This document shows, piece after piece, positions 25,768-33,304 of a DNA stretch of 64,000 nucleotides; positions within the stretch are counted from its first letter, which is position 1; every line of letters starts with the position of its first letter. The notes under the pieces are model-generated. The model ran no database searches, had not been told where the DNA came from, and worked only from the letters and a program-made list of their open reading frames with translations. The position numbers and the translations under genes were made by a program. Origin of the DNA: an uncultured Lachnospiraceae bacterium (GTDB lineage: Bacteria; Bacillota; Clostridia; Lachnospirales; Lachnospiraceae); assembly GCA_910588815.1 (NCBI GenBank), contig CAJUQY010000001.1, positions 60,016 through 124,015 of the forward strand, in the 5' to 3' direction.

Positions 25768-25770
25768 CTG

Positions 25771-25818
25771 CTTGTCATCAGTAATTGTATCTGGTAAAAT
25801 ACAATTACTGATGGCAAG
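25771..25818 (+). terminator. Long hairpin (19-bp stem) at the left edge of the lower-GC cassette
   Basis: The stem cttgtcatcagtaattgta / tacaattactgatggcaag has one G-U pair and a 10-nt loop. A T7 run follows 12 nt downstream. Confidence 0.6.
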
Positions 25819-25874
25819 TCGATAATTTTCGGTTTTTTTCTGCGAATGAATTAGAACGGAGGATAAAATGAAAG

Positions 25875-26414
25875 ATGTTCTCAAAAGTTGACAGGTGGAT
25901 TTTGACGAAGCTTTCTTTAAAAATAGAAAATACAGCGGGAACTAAGCATAAGCGTTCATATCTATCTGATTTGGTCTTTTTGATTGTTTATACGGCCATA
26001 TCTTTATATAATGCTTTGGCGTTGATGTTTTCTCAACTGATATTGACTGATGGGAAAGGTACTTCTCCTTCTCTTCTTGTGATCTGTTTGAATGTTATTG
26101 TTATCGTCAGATTAAATATTGACATATACATAAAAAAGAAAGAAAATGTGAATGCTACCTTAGATAGGTTGCCGGCTGTGAAGTTCGTCCAGGAGATTGA
26201 TATAAAAACATGGAGATACCGATTGGAAATTCTTTGCGTAGGATATGGTATCATTTTGATGGTTATCGTATACTATTTTTGCTATGGGGAGGTAGTTAGC
26301 GGCTCTTTGGCGATAGCTGGGATAGTTGCGGTTATCGAAACATTTATCAACAGTTTTCTGGATAATCTGGCCGCCAGATATGAAGCGGATCCAGAAGTTT
26401 TTATGAAAGAATAG
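25875..26414 (+). CDS. Hypothetical polytopic membrane protein (about 4 predicted TM helices)
   Basis: 179-aa ORF with SD ggagg. Hydrophobic stretches: 'LVFLIVYTAISLYNALALMF', 'LLVICLNVIVIV', 'ILCVGYGIILMVIVYYFCY' and 'LAIAGIVAVIETFI'. Low GC. Confidence 0.6.
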   Translation: MFSKVDRWILTKLSLKIENTAGTKHKRSYLSDLVFLIVYTAISLYNALALMFSQLILTDGKGTSPSLLVICLNVIVIVRLNIDIYIKKKENVNATLDRLPAVKFVQEIDIKTWRYRLEILCVGYGIILMVIVYYFCYGEVVSGSLAIAGIVAVIETFINSFLDNLAARYEADPEVFMKE

Positions 26415-26425
26415 GGGGGATAAAT

Positions 26426-26734
26426 ATGCGGGAGCAGACATTGATGTCGTTGGTGTTATTGTTTTTTTTGATACTGTTAGTGGCGAACGGGCTTGTATCA
26501 AAAAAACAGAAGAGGCTTTTGGATATCAGATTGCGGCAGCACAATGAAGGGATACTGTTTGCTGAGATGCCCTTTGATATTGGAGGAGAATGCTATCAAG
26601 CCCCTGTCTTTTTTAAAATGCATAATACAGGAAAAGAGTTATGTGAAGATATAGGAGAGATAGAGTATATTGCATACAGTGAAGTGTCTGAATATTGGAT
26701 GAAGAAGGAAAAGAAAAATGGATCAATTGATTGA
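26426..26734 (+). CDS. Hypothetical small protein with N-terminal membrane anchor
   Basis: 102-aa ORF with 'LMSLVLLFFLILLVANGLV' followed by a ~70-aa soluble part. It starts 11 nt after the previous gene. Confidence 0.5.
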   Translation: MREQTLMSLVLLFFLILLVANGLVSKKQKRLLDIRLRQHNEGILFAEMPFDIGGECYQAPVFFKMHNTGKELCEDIGEIEYIAYSEVSEYWMKKEKKNGSID

Positions 26735-27275
26735 CAAAATATGGGATATTGTAAAAATTGGTGCGGGAAATATATGTGCTAAAGACACAGATATCTGTTT
26801 TGGAGAATCCAAAAAAGAAACGTTTAAAAACTGGGTTGAAAGGCTCTATGATAATCTTCTGGAGTATATGGAAGATGCAGAAAAGCCATTGGATCGGCAT
26901 AAAATGGCGGCTATTTTTATAGTCGCAGTTATTAAAGCCGAGGTGCTGGAGGGGGAAAGAAGAGAAGCTGTTTTTGTGGGCAATTACATACTGGCAGCAG
27001 AAGTGGGCTTGTCTTATATGCGTAAGGTGCTTAATGAAAAACTGGAAGAAAAGCTGGGGGTGGAAACAAAAAACATAGAAAGGTTTTATTTCCCCAAAGC
27101 GAATTCTTGCCCAACCGATTATTTCAGGATTTTTTATCGAAATCTTTATTTTGCTGATACCAATGAGGAATGGGGGCTGAACCCGCTTGATATTGCGGAA
27201 CGATTGTTTTTACTGGAATATTTGACATTAGAACATAATGATATTGAACCATCTATCTTAAAAGAATATGAATGA
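26718..27275 (+). CDS. Hypothetical soluble helical protein
   Basis: 185-aa ORF overlapping the previous gene by 17 nt. I recognise no motif. Confidence 0.55.
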   Translation: MDQLIDKIWDIVKIGAGNICAKDTDICFGESKKETFKNWVERLYDNLLEYMEDAEKPLDRHKMAAIFIVAVIKAEVLEGERREAVFVGNYILAAEVGLSYMRKVLNEKLEEKLGVETKNIERFYFPKANSCPTDYFRIFYRNLYFADTNEEWGLNPLDIAERLFLLEYLTLEHNDIEPSILKEYE

Positions 27276-27388
27276 AAGCTTAAAGCCAAGGTTTTTGTGG
27301 AGAACAGATATGGCGAATAATTGTAGCTGTCAAAAGGGCAAGGCTTGGCGAGCGAAAGGAGGAATGATGGATGGAGGTGACGCAGGAA

Positions 27389-27535
27389 ATGACAGAAAAA
27401 GAAATGCATAGCGTAAAAATGTCCACACTTTATGAGTTGAGGTTGATCTTTACTCAAGGAGAAAAGAAGGAGTATACCACGGAAGAAATTGTGGAACTTC
27501 TGGATAAGATAGCAACAGCTAAAGATCAGAAATGA
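27389..27535 (+). CDS. Possible small ORF (48 aa) not in the supplied ORF track
   Basis: The ATG at 27389 is preceded by ggaggtg 9 nt upstream. The product is 'MTEKEMHSVKMSTLYELRLIFTQGEKKEYTTEEIVELLDKIATAKDQK'. It ends 25 nt before the 29-bp hairpin. Confidence 0.3.
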   Translation: MTEKEMHSVKMSTLYELRLIFTQGEKKEYTTEEIVELLDKIATAKDQK

Positions 27536-27560
27536 AAACTTTGCAGGGGAATGAAATATT

Positions 27561-27628
27561 GTGCGCATTTGTAAAAACGGCTCCTTTTCGATAAGAATTC
27601 GTATATAATAATTCTTATCGAAAAGGAG
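27561..27628. terminator. 29-bp perfect inverted repeat (bidirectional terminator-like) dividing the cassette
   Basis: gtaaaaacggctccttttcgataagaatt (27561-27589) and aattcttatcgaaaaggagccgtttttac (27600-27628) are exact reverse complements. The loop is 10 nt and A/T runs flank both sides. Confidence 0.7.
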
Positions 27629-27744
27629 CCGTTTTTACATTAGCAGCCAGGACAGATCGTTTGGCTAAATATTACTTGCCCTGAAATGAATTTTTTTGAA
27701 AATACCCCTTTTGTTTCAGGCAGATCTGTCGGACTGACGACAAT

Positions 27745-28269
27745 GTGACAACCCCATGGATAGATCGGCAATACAGAAACTTAATTGCTTATCAATGTAA
27801 AATATATACGCATGTGACCAAAAATTTAAGCCCGGCTGCTCAGGAAGTGGCGAAGATATGTGAAGAATTTTATGTTTTAAATTCTTATGATGAGCAAAGC
27901 TCGACCGATTCGGAAAATCAACTGCGCAATGAAGCAGTCAGGAATGAGCACAAGGAATGTTGTCGGAGGATCCTGATTCGTCTGGCGCAATTCCGCATGG
28001 AAATTGAAAATGTGAATACCATTCTGCGCCACCATCTGTACAGAGCTGAATATATGACACGGGCCCATGTTTCCGCATACTGGAGCGGCGTTCTTCAAAT
28101 GAATGACAGCGGGGCATTACCTTCCATGCCTTGGTTTGACGTCACGGATGCCGCGGGGGAACAGGAGTATGAAGGATATTTAAACAGCATAAGAAGGAAC
28201 TTTGCCGAAATTTTAGAAAACGAAGGGGGAGAGGCCGATGAAACTGGCGAACAACAAAAAGAAAAGTGA
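27745..28269 (+). CDS. Hypothetical acidic helical protein; start uncertain
   Basis: 174-aa ORF from a GTG with no SD. The GTG is embedded in ATGTGA at the end of a 20-codon upstream ORF (27686-27748). I recognise no motif. Confidence 0.45.
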   Translation: MTTPWIDRQYRNLIAYQCKIYTHVTKNLSPAAQEVAKICEEFYVLNSYDEQSSTDSENQLRNEAVRNEHKECCRRILIRLAQFRMEIENVNTILRHHLYRAEYMTRAHVSAYWSGVLQMNDSGALPSMPWFDVTDAAGEQEYEGYLNSIRRNFAEILENEGGEADETGEQQKEK

Positions 28270-28663
28270 CATGCCATATAAAATGGAACCGTTGGTTCCG
28301 ATACCCTCCTATGCACCGCATGATACACTGACTGCGAAGGGATACGAAATTCCTTCCGTGCTGATTAAATTTGAAGAAAATTTTGAATTACGATGCCGGG
28401 AAATCATTAAGAATGGGAAGCTGGATCAGTATAACAAGGGTTATATGGACGGGCTGATCTGCTGCATAGAGAAACAGGCATTAGCCGAATTGGAGGTACA
28501 GAGGGCAGCGCACAATCAGCGGATGGCCGATCTGAGCCGTCTTAGAGCCGGCGATCGCATAAAGGCAGAAGAAAAGTTAAGGCAAGTAGAAAAAGAAATT
28601 CAGACAGTAAAAGAGGAGCTTGAAAAAATAGAAGCTGTTTATGGAACCGTGAAGGGGGAATGA
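28238..28663 (+). CDS. Hypothetical coiled-coil protein
   Basis: 141-aa ORF with an alternative start at 28271 just after the upstream stop. The C-terminal 'RIKAEEKLRQVEKEIQTVKEELEKIEAVYG' is heptad-like. Confidence 0.5.
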   Translation: MKLANNKKKSDMPYKMEPLVPIPSYAPHDTLTAKGYEIPSVLIKFEENFELRCREIIKNGKLDQYNKGYMDGLICCIEKQALAELEVQRAAHNQRMADLSRLRAGDRIKAEEKLRQVEKEIQTVKEELEKIEAVYGTVKGE

Positions 28664-28666
28664 CAT

Positions 28667-29527
28667 ATGAGGAAAAAGGCGGTTATCGGTGTTTATGCCA
28701 TGAAACCAGAGACATATTCACTGTCAAAAGAAAACGAAGAAGAGCTGCAAAAAAAAGAAACTTCTCTTTGGCGGCGCCCTGCTATGCTGATAGTATGCAC
28801 TCTTGGAGCTACTGCACTGGACGGGACGGTCTTGTTTAACCTTTTGGACAAGGCGATGTTCCAGAGTGAACACATGGGATGGATTATGGGCTTGGGAATT
28901 GCTGTTATCCTGAATCTTGCGCCGCTTTTCGCTGCCTATTATATTTATCAGGCATTGTATAAGCTGAAACGGGGGGCGGCTTTGTGTGCGGGGCTTACTA
29001 TTTTGTCCTTTTTTATTCTGTTTGGCTCTACATGTGCCATTCGGGCGTCTTATGCGGATACTTATAACGCAGGTGGAGCCAAGCAGATGGATGAAGCGGA
29101 TATGGCGTATTTGGAAATTCAGATTGAAGAAAATCAGATTGAAGAAAAAACAGATCAAGGGAAAAAATGGACATTGACGCTCTTTCTGTCAGTGGAGCCC
29201 TTGGCAACTTCATTATTGAATTTTGTTATGGCTTATATCTCAGAGGATAAGTTCCAAAAAGAAAGAGAACATTTGCGCTTACGCCGTTTAGAATTAGAGG
29301 AGGCCAAAAGTGATCTGCTTGCCGTCGCCGCTTCTCTTGCTGAACCGGAGAGCTATACTCAGCAGCAATTGTCCATAGATGAGAGGCATTTGGAGGCCTG
29401 CCAAAAAGAAATTTATGAACGCTGCCGCTGTCTGGAAGCCAGAGCGAGACAATATTTAGCTGAATATTTGCAGGATCCGTCTGGGGCCAGTCGTGTTTTG
29501 GCGGAACTTGAGGTTCGGGATTCATAA
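28667..29527 (+). CDS. Hypothetical 4-TM membrane protein with acidic external loop and C-terminal coiled coil
   Basis: 286-aa ORF with SD aggggga. TM candidates: 'PAMLIVCTLGATALDGTVLFNLL', 'WIMGLGIAVILNLAPLFAAYYIY', 'ALCAGLTILSFFILFGSTCAI' and 'WTLTLFLSVEPLATSLLNFVMAYI' (with an embedded Glu-Pro). The tail is 'EREHLRLRRLELEEAKSDLL...'. Confidence 0.6.
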   Translation: MRKKAVIGVYAMKPETYSLSKENEEELQKKETSLWRRPAMLIVCTLGATALDGTVLFNLLDKAMFQSEHMGWIMGLGIAVILNLAPLFAAYYIYQALYKLKRGAALCAGLTILSFFILFGSTCAIRASYADTYNAGGAKQMDEADMAYLEIQIEENQIEEKTDQGKKWTLTLFLSVEPLATSLLNFVMAYISEDKFQKEREHLRLRRLELEEAKSDLLAVAASLAEPESYTQQQLSIDERHLEACQKEIYERCRCLEARARQYLAEYLQDPSGASRVLAELEVRDS

Positions 29528-29587
29528 GAAACTGATTAAATAGGTGGCTGGATAAGCGGAACGGGTGTATTGAAAGGAGAACCACTT

Positions 29588-30694
29588 ATGAAAAGAATAA
29601 AGAGTTTTTTCCTTGCGTTGACAATATTGATATCTGCTTTTTCTTTTACAGGATGCGGCAGTGAGGCCAGCAAACCACTTGCGCTGGCCGTGGTTGTGGG
29701 GGCACATTCCAATTTCAACCAGATCCCGAAAAACCTGAAACAGATTGATGAATTGTTTTATAAGGTGGCTGAGACTTATAGAAAATCCATTGCAGAAGAG
29801 TATGTAGAACAGATGGGCTATGTTTTGTTTAGTGAGAAAGGGCAGGCACAGAAAAGAGAAGTTGATACATTGAGAGCCATACGTCTGGCGGCGAATTCCA
29901 TACAGGATAAGGATAATTCCGAAAGACTCATTTTGGTCATAGACAGTGGCTTGTCAACGGTGGGAGAGCTGAATTTTGTGGAAGAGGGATTTCAAATTTC
30001 TGCAGAAAATATTGTCGCCGATTTGGAGAAGAAAAAGGCTATTCCGGATTTGAACGGATTATCTGTGGAATGGCTCTACTGTGCCGAGACGGCTTTGCCC
30101 CAACCGAGACTTTCCGAGTTGCAAAAGTTTGTATTGCAGGAAGTATGGGAGAAGATTTTGGAAGCCGGGGATGCCGAAAATGTGAAATTCCATTCCCAGC
30201 CGCCGTCGTCTTTCCCCCATGAGGGACTGCCGCCTGTGAGCATTGTAGAAAGAGAGGCTGATGAAGAGGAGGGAGGCCTCTACGAAAAGAAACATATTTT
30301 AGAAAACCGGATTTTTTTATTCAAGGGAGATCTCGCCGAGTTTGAGGAAGAACAGGATTCTTATGAGACCCTGGTTGTTTTGGCAGAGGAGCTTCAGTCC
30401 AATCCGGAAAGCCATGTCTATGTGATAGGCTGTACGGCCGGAAGTCCTCGAAAAGCTTTCTGTAAACAGTTGAGTGAGGATCGCATACATGCGGTTACAG
30501 ATGTGTTGAGTCAATTGGGAGTGTCTGAGTCTCAGATGCTTTCCTATGGCCTGTCCTCTGACAATCCGTGGTATGTGAATGATTTAGATCAAAACGGAAA
30601 GCAGATAGAGGAAACTGCCGCACCCAACCGCAGGGTCATGGTTATAGATGTGGACAGCGGGGAAGCTGAAAAGCTGCTAGGGTATTTGCCATAA
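29588..30694 (+). CDS. Lipoprotein with C-terminal OmpA-like peptidoglycan-binding domain
   Basis: ATG at 29588 (SD aaaggaga). Signal peptide plus lipobox 'MKRIKSFFLALTILISAFSFTGC'. The C-terminal 'VYVIGCTAGS...LSEDRIHAVTDVLSQLGV...APNRRVMVID' follows the OmpA_C pattern (LSxxRAxxV ... NRRV). The N-terminal alpha/beta part is unassigned. Confidence 0.7.
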   Translation: MKRIKSFFLALTILISAFSFTGCGSEASKPLALAVVVGAHSNFNQIPKNLKQIDELFYKVAETYRKSIAEEYVEQMGYVLFSEKGQAQKREVDTLRAIRLAANSIQDKDNSERLILVIDSGLSTVGELNFVEEGFQISAENIVADLEKKKAIPDLNGLSVEWLYCAETALPQPRLSELQKFVLQEVWEKILEAGDAENVKFHSQPPSSFPHEGLPPVSIVEREADEEEGGLYEKKHILENRIFLFKGDLAEFEEEQDSYETLVVLAEELQSNPESHVYVIGCTAGSPRKAFCKQLSEDRIHAVTDVLSQLGVSESQMLSYGLSSDNPWYVNDLDQNGKQIEETAAPNRRVMVIDVDSGEAEKLLGYLP

Positions 30695-30731
30695 ATCTCA
30701 AAATAATTTCAAAAAACTTTCAAAAGTCCCC

Positions 30732-30759
30732 TTATCCTTTCCGCCCCCCCTGCCGATAA
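30732..30759 (+). promoter_or_regulatory. Sigma-28 (SigD/FliA)-type flagellin promoter
   Basis: An exact GCCGATAA -10 lies at 30752-30759, 136 nt upstream of the flagellin ATG. The upstream element is only TTAT/TATC at the expected distance. The spacer contains a C7 run (30744-30750). Confidence 0.6.
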
Positions 30760-30843
30760 TATAAGTGTACAGCAAAAATGTACAAGAAAAATAATCAAAG
30801 CCAGGCCAACAGACCGATGCAGGGCCCGCGTCGGGGCTGTTGT

Positions 30844-30890
30844 CAGGGACAGGGAGGTCGCTGAGCGGCTGGCTAAAAACAAGGAGGTAA
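30844..30890 (+). promoter_or_regulatory. Flagellin 5' leader with candidate CsrA binding sites (GGA motifs, one overlapping the SD)
   Basis: caGGGAcaGGGAgg (GGA at 30847 and 30853) and acaAGGAGGt (GGA at 30883, which is the SD). csrA and fliW are present in the same locus. Confidence 0.4.
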
Positions 30891-30894
30891 ATGT

Positions 30895-31719
30895 ATGCAG
30901 ATTCAACATAATATTCAGGCTATCAACTCCAGCAGAAACTTAGGTATCAACAACAAAGCTCTGGCAAAGAACTTAGAGAAGCTGTCCTCCGGTTACAGAG
31001 TAAACCGTGCAGGCGATGACGCTGCCGGCCTTGCTATTTCCGAGCAGATGAGAAGCCAGATCAACGGTCTCAATCAGGCGGCTACCAACGCGCAGGATGC
31101 TATCGGTCTTATTCAGACGGCTGAAGGCGCTTTGACGGAAGTTCACTCCATGCTTCAGCGTATGGTTACCCTGTCTACTCAGGCTGCCAACGCTACGATG
31201 AACACCACTGCATTGGGAAATATCCAGACTGAGTATGATGCTCTGTTGGACGAAATTGACCGTATTACCAATTATACGGATTTTAATGGCACAAAGCCGC
31301 TGGGATCAGAGGCACCTGGCCAGATGACGTTCCAGATTGGTCCGTCTGGAGATGAAGTTATCAATGTTGCTGGTAAAGATTTGTCTACTGCCGGAGATGC
31401 TACTATGGTAGCAATCAGAGGTAACATTGATTCACGAGATGATGCCAATACCATGATTGACAACATTAATACGGCAATCAATACAGTTTCTACGTATCGT
31501 GCATCTCTCGGTGCTGCTCAGAACCGTCTGGAGCATACCTACAACAGCTTGAAGGTAACTTCCGAGAACATCCAGGATGCTGAGAGCCGTATCCGCGATA
31601 CCAATATGCCTGATGAGATTACGTCCTTCACGAAGAACAACATCCTTCTGCAGGCTTCTCAGTCTATGCTGTCTCAGGCCAACGCAGTACCTCAGAGCGT
31701 GCTGAGCATGCTGGGTTAA
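30895..31719 (+). CDS. fliC: Flagellin (short, 274 aa, D0/D1 only)
   Basis: 'MQIQHNIQAINSSRNLGINNKALAKNLEKLSSGYRVNRAGDDAAGLAISEQMRSQINGLNQA' and the C-terminal 'LGAAQNRLEHTYNSL...NILLQASQSMLSQANAVPQSVLSML' are canonical flagellin termini. Confidence 0.95.
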   Translation: MQIQHNIQAINSSRNLGINNKALAKNLEKLSSGYRVNRAGDDAAGLAISEQMRSQINGLNQAATNAQDAIGLIQTAEGALTEVHSMLQRMVTLSTQAANATMNTTALGNIQTEYDALLDEIDRITNYTDFNGTKPLGSEAPGQMTFQIGPSGDEVINVAGKDLSTAGDATMVAIRGNIDSRDDANTMIDNINTAINTVSTYRASLGAAQNRLEHTYNSLKVTSENIQDAESRIRDTNMPDEITSFTKNNILLQASQSMLSQANAVPQSVLSMLG

Positions 31720-31787
31720 TCCTCAGATTGAGGTCTTGTGATTTGTTGAAAGCGATGTAACGAAGTAACTGCATAGCATGAAAGAAG

Positions 31788-31827
31788 AGGCCATCCCGGG
31801 TTTCGGCTTTGGGGTGGCCCCTTTTTA
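31788..31827 (+). terminator. Rho-independent terminator after flagellin
   Basis: The stem ggccatccc / ggggtggcc has one G-U pair and is followed by cctttttat. Confidence 0.6.
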
Positions 31828-31983
31828 TCATGTGGAAAGTCCTTCGGATTTCCCATATGATAAAAAAGACCCTCCGGGGTTCGATCTGCGGCGGAGCGGA
31901 ACTACGTCGTTTGGGCGACGCGCCGCGGGTGAAGAATCCTGATTTGCGGGATTTCATTTGTTTTACAAGAAGGGGGACAGCTT

Positions 31984-33279
31984 ATGGGAAAGATAATAAC
32001 GCCGCGAATATCCCTGTGTATGATCGTGAAAAACGAAGAAAAGAAACTGGAACGGGCTTTGTCCTGGGGGGCGGGCGTTTTGTGGGAAAAAATCCTGGTG
32101 GATACCGGAAGCACGGACGGAACGGTTTCCCTGGCGGAAAAGCTGGGGACGAAGGTGTATCATTTTGACTGGATCGACAATTTTGCCGCCGCCAGAAATT
32201 TTGCCCTGGAGCAGGCGGGGGGGGACTGGATTCTGACATTGGATGCCGATGAATGGCCTGTCCCGGAAACGCCGGATAAGCTGGCCGCTATTGTCAGCCA
32301 GGCCGCGGATAGGAAGGTGGATGGGATATTTGGGGGAATCCTGGAATTGGATGGCAAAGGGCAGGTCGCCACATGTTCTTCCAGGATACGGATCTTCCGG
32401 AATACACCGGAGCTCCGTTACAGGCGGAGAGTCCACGAGCAGCTGGGATTTTCAGACGGCCGTCCCATGCAGTTGGCCGACGCGGAGAAAGAGCTGCTTT
32501 TTTTCCATGACGGCTATGTGGGGGAGGCTCTTGCCGGAAAACAGAGAAGCAAGCGCAATTTAAGGCTTTTGGAGCAGGAGCTTTCCGAGCATCCGGACGA
32601 TTATGAGGTGATGGGGTATCTTGGGGACGAGTACAGCAGCTACGGAGAGAAAGAGCAGGCTCTCTGCTGGTATCGCAAGTCTGTGGAACATATGCCGGAA
32701 GCGCTGCGGGAAGGGGATCCCAGGAGCGCCTGGACATTTTCTGCGCTGATTGCTTTATATGGGGAAAAAGGAGAAATTTCAGAGGCGGAAGGGATCTATC
32801 GGCTTGCGGTCGGGAAACAGCCGGAGGAGGCGGATTATGACTATCAGATGGGATGTCTCTGCGTGGCGGGACAGCGCTGGGAGGACGGGATCCGCTATTT
32901 GGCCGGAGGCCTTGCAAAGCTGGAACAGCACGGGTCCGCCAATTCCTGCATGCGGATCAAGGCGGCTTTGGAAGAGGTCTATGGAAATTTGGCCCTTTGT
33001 TTTTTGCGCAGCGGCAGGCGGGGGGAGGCGGTGGAAACCTCTGTGGCTCTTTTAAAGGCGAAGCCTTTTGAGATGAAAGCATTGTATATCCTGCTGTCGG
33101 CTTTTTATGAGGATGGGGGAGGGAAAGCAGATACCGAAGCTTACGTGGAGAGTGTCTCAGCTTTTCTGGGGAAGCTGTATCCGCTGCCTGACCTGAAAAG
33201 CCGTCTTTTCATCGCCAGAGCGGCGGAGAAAGCAGGTTGGGAGGCAATGAGAATCCGGATGGAGGCGCCCCCAAAATAA
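31984..33279 (+). CDS. GT2 glycosyltransferase with C-terminal TPR region (paralogue of 14881-15978; GmaR-like)
   Basis: 'ISLCMIVKNEEKKLERAL...LVDTGSTDGTVSLAEKLGTKVYHFDWIDNFAAARNFALEQAGGDWILTLDADE'. The C-terminal half is TPR-like. Confidence 0.75.
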   Translation: MGKIITPRISLCMIVKNEEKKLERALSWGAGVLWEKILVDTGSTDGTVSLAEKLGTKVYHFDWIDNFAAARNFALEQAGGDWILTLDADEWPVPETPDKLAAIVSQAADRKVDGIFGGILELDGKGQVATCSSRIRIFRNTPELRYRRRVHEQLGFSDGRPMQLADAEKELLFFHDGYVGEALAGKQRSKRNLRLLEQELSEHPDDYEVMGYLGDEYSSYGEKEQALCWYRKSVEHMPEALREGDPRSAWTFSALIALYGEKGEISEAEGIYRLAVGKQPEEADYDYQMGCLCVAGQRWEDGIRYLAGGLAKLEQHGSANSCMRIKAALEEVYGNLALCFLRSGRRGEAVETSVALLKAKPFEMKALYILLSAFYEDGGGKADTEAYVESVSAFLGKLYPLPDLKSRLFIARAAEKAGWEAMRIRMEAPPK

Positions 33280-33304
33280 AAGTCACAGAAGGGAGGGCTC
33301 TGAG

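Noticed and set aside
27686-27748. 20-codon ORF ending in ATGTGA that overlaps the GTG start of the 174-aa cassette gene
   Set aside because: It has no SD and is too short to support as a gene. I note it only as a possible coupling or leader element in the module 2 finding.
25771-30720. Calling the lower-GC cassette a mobile element (IS, ICE or prophage remnant)
   Set aside because: I recognised no transposase, integrase or recombinase, no phage structural genes, no flanking direct repeats and no tRNA target. I report it as an orphan cassette and not as a mobile_element.
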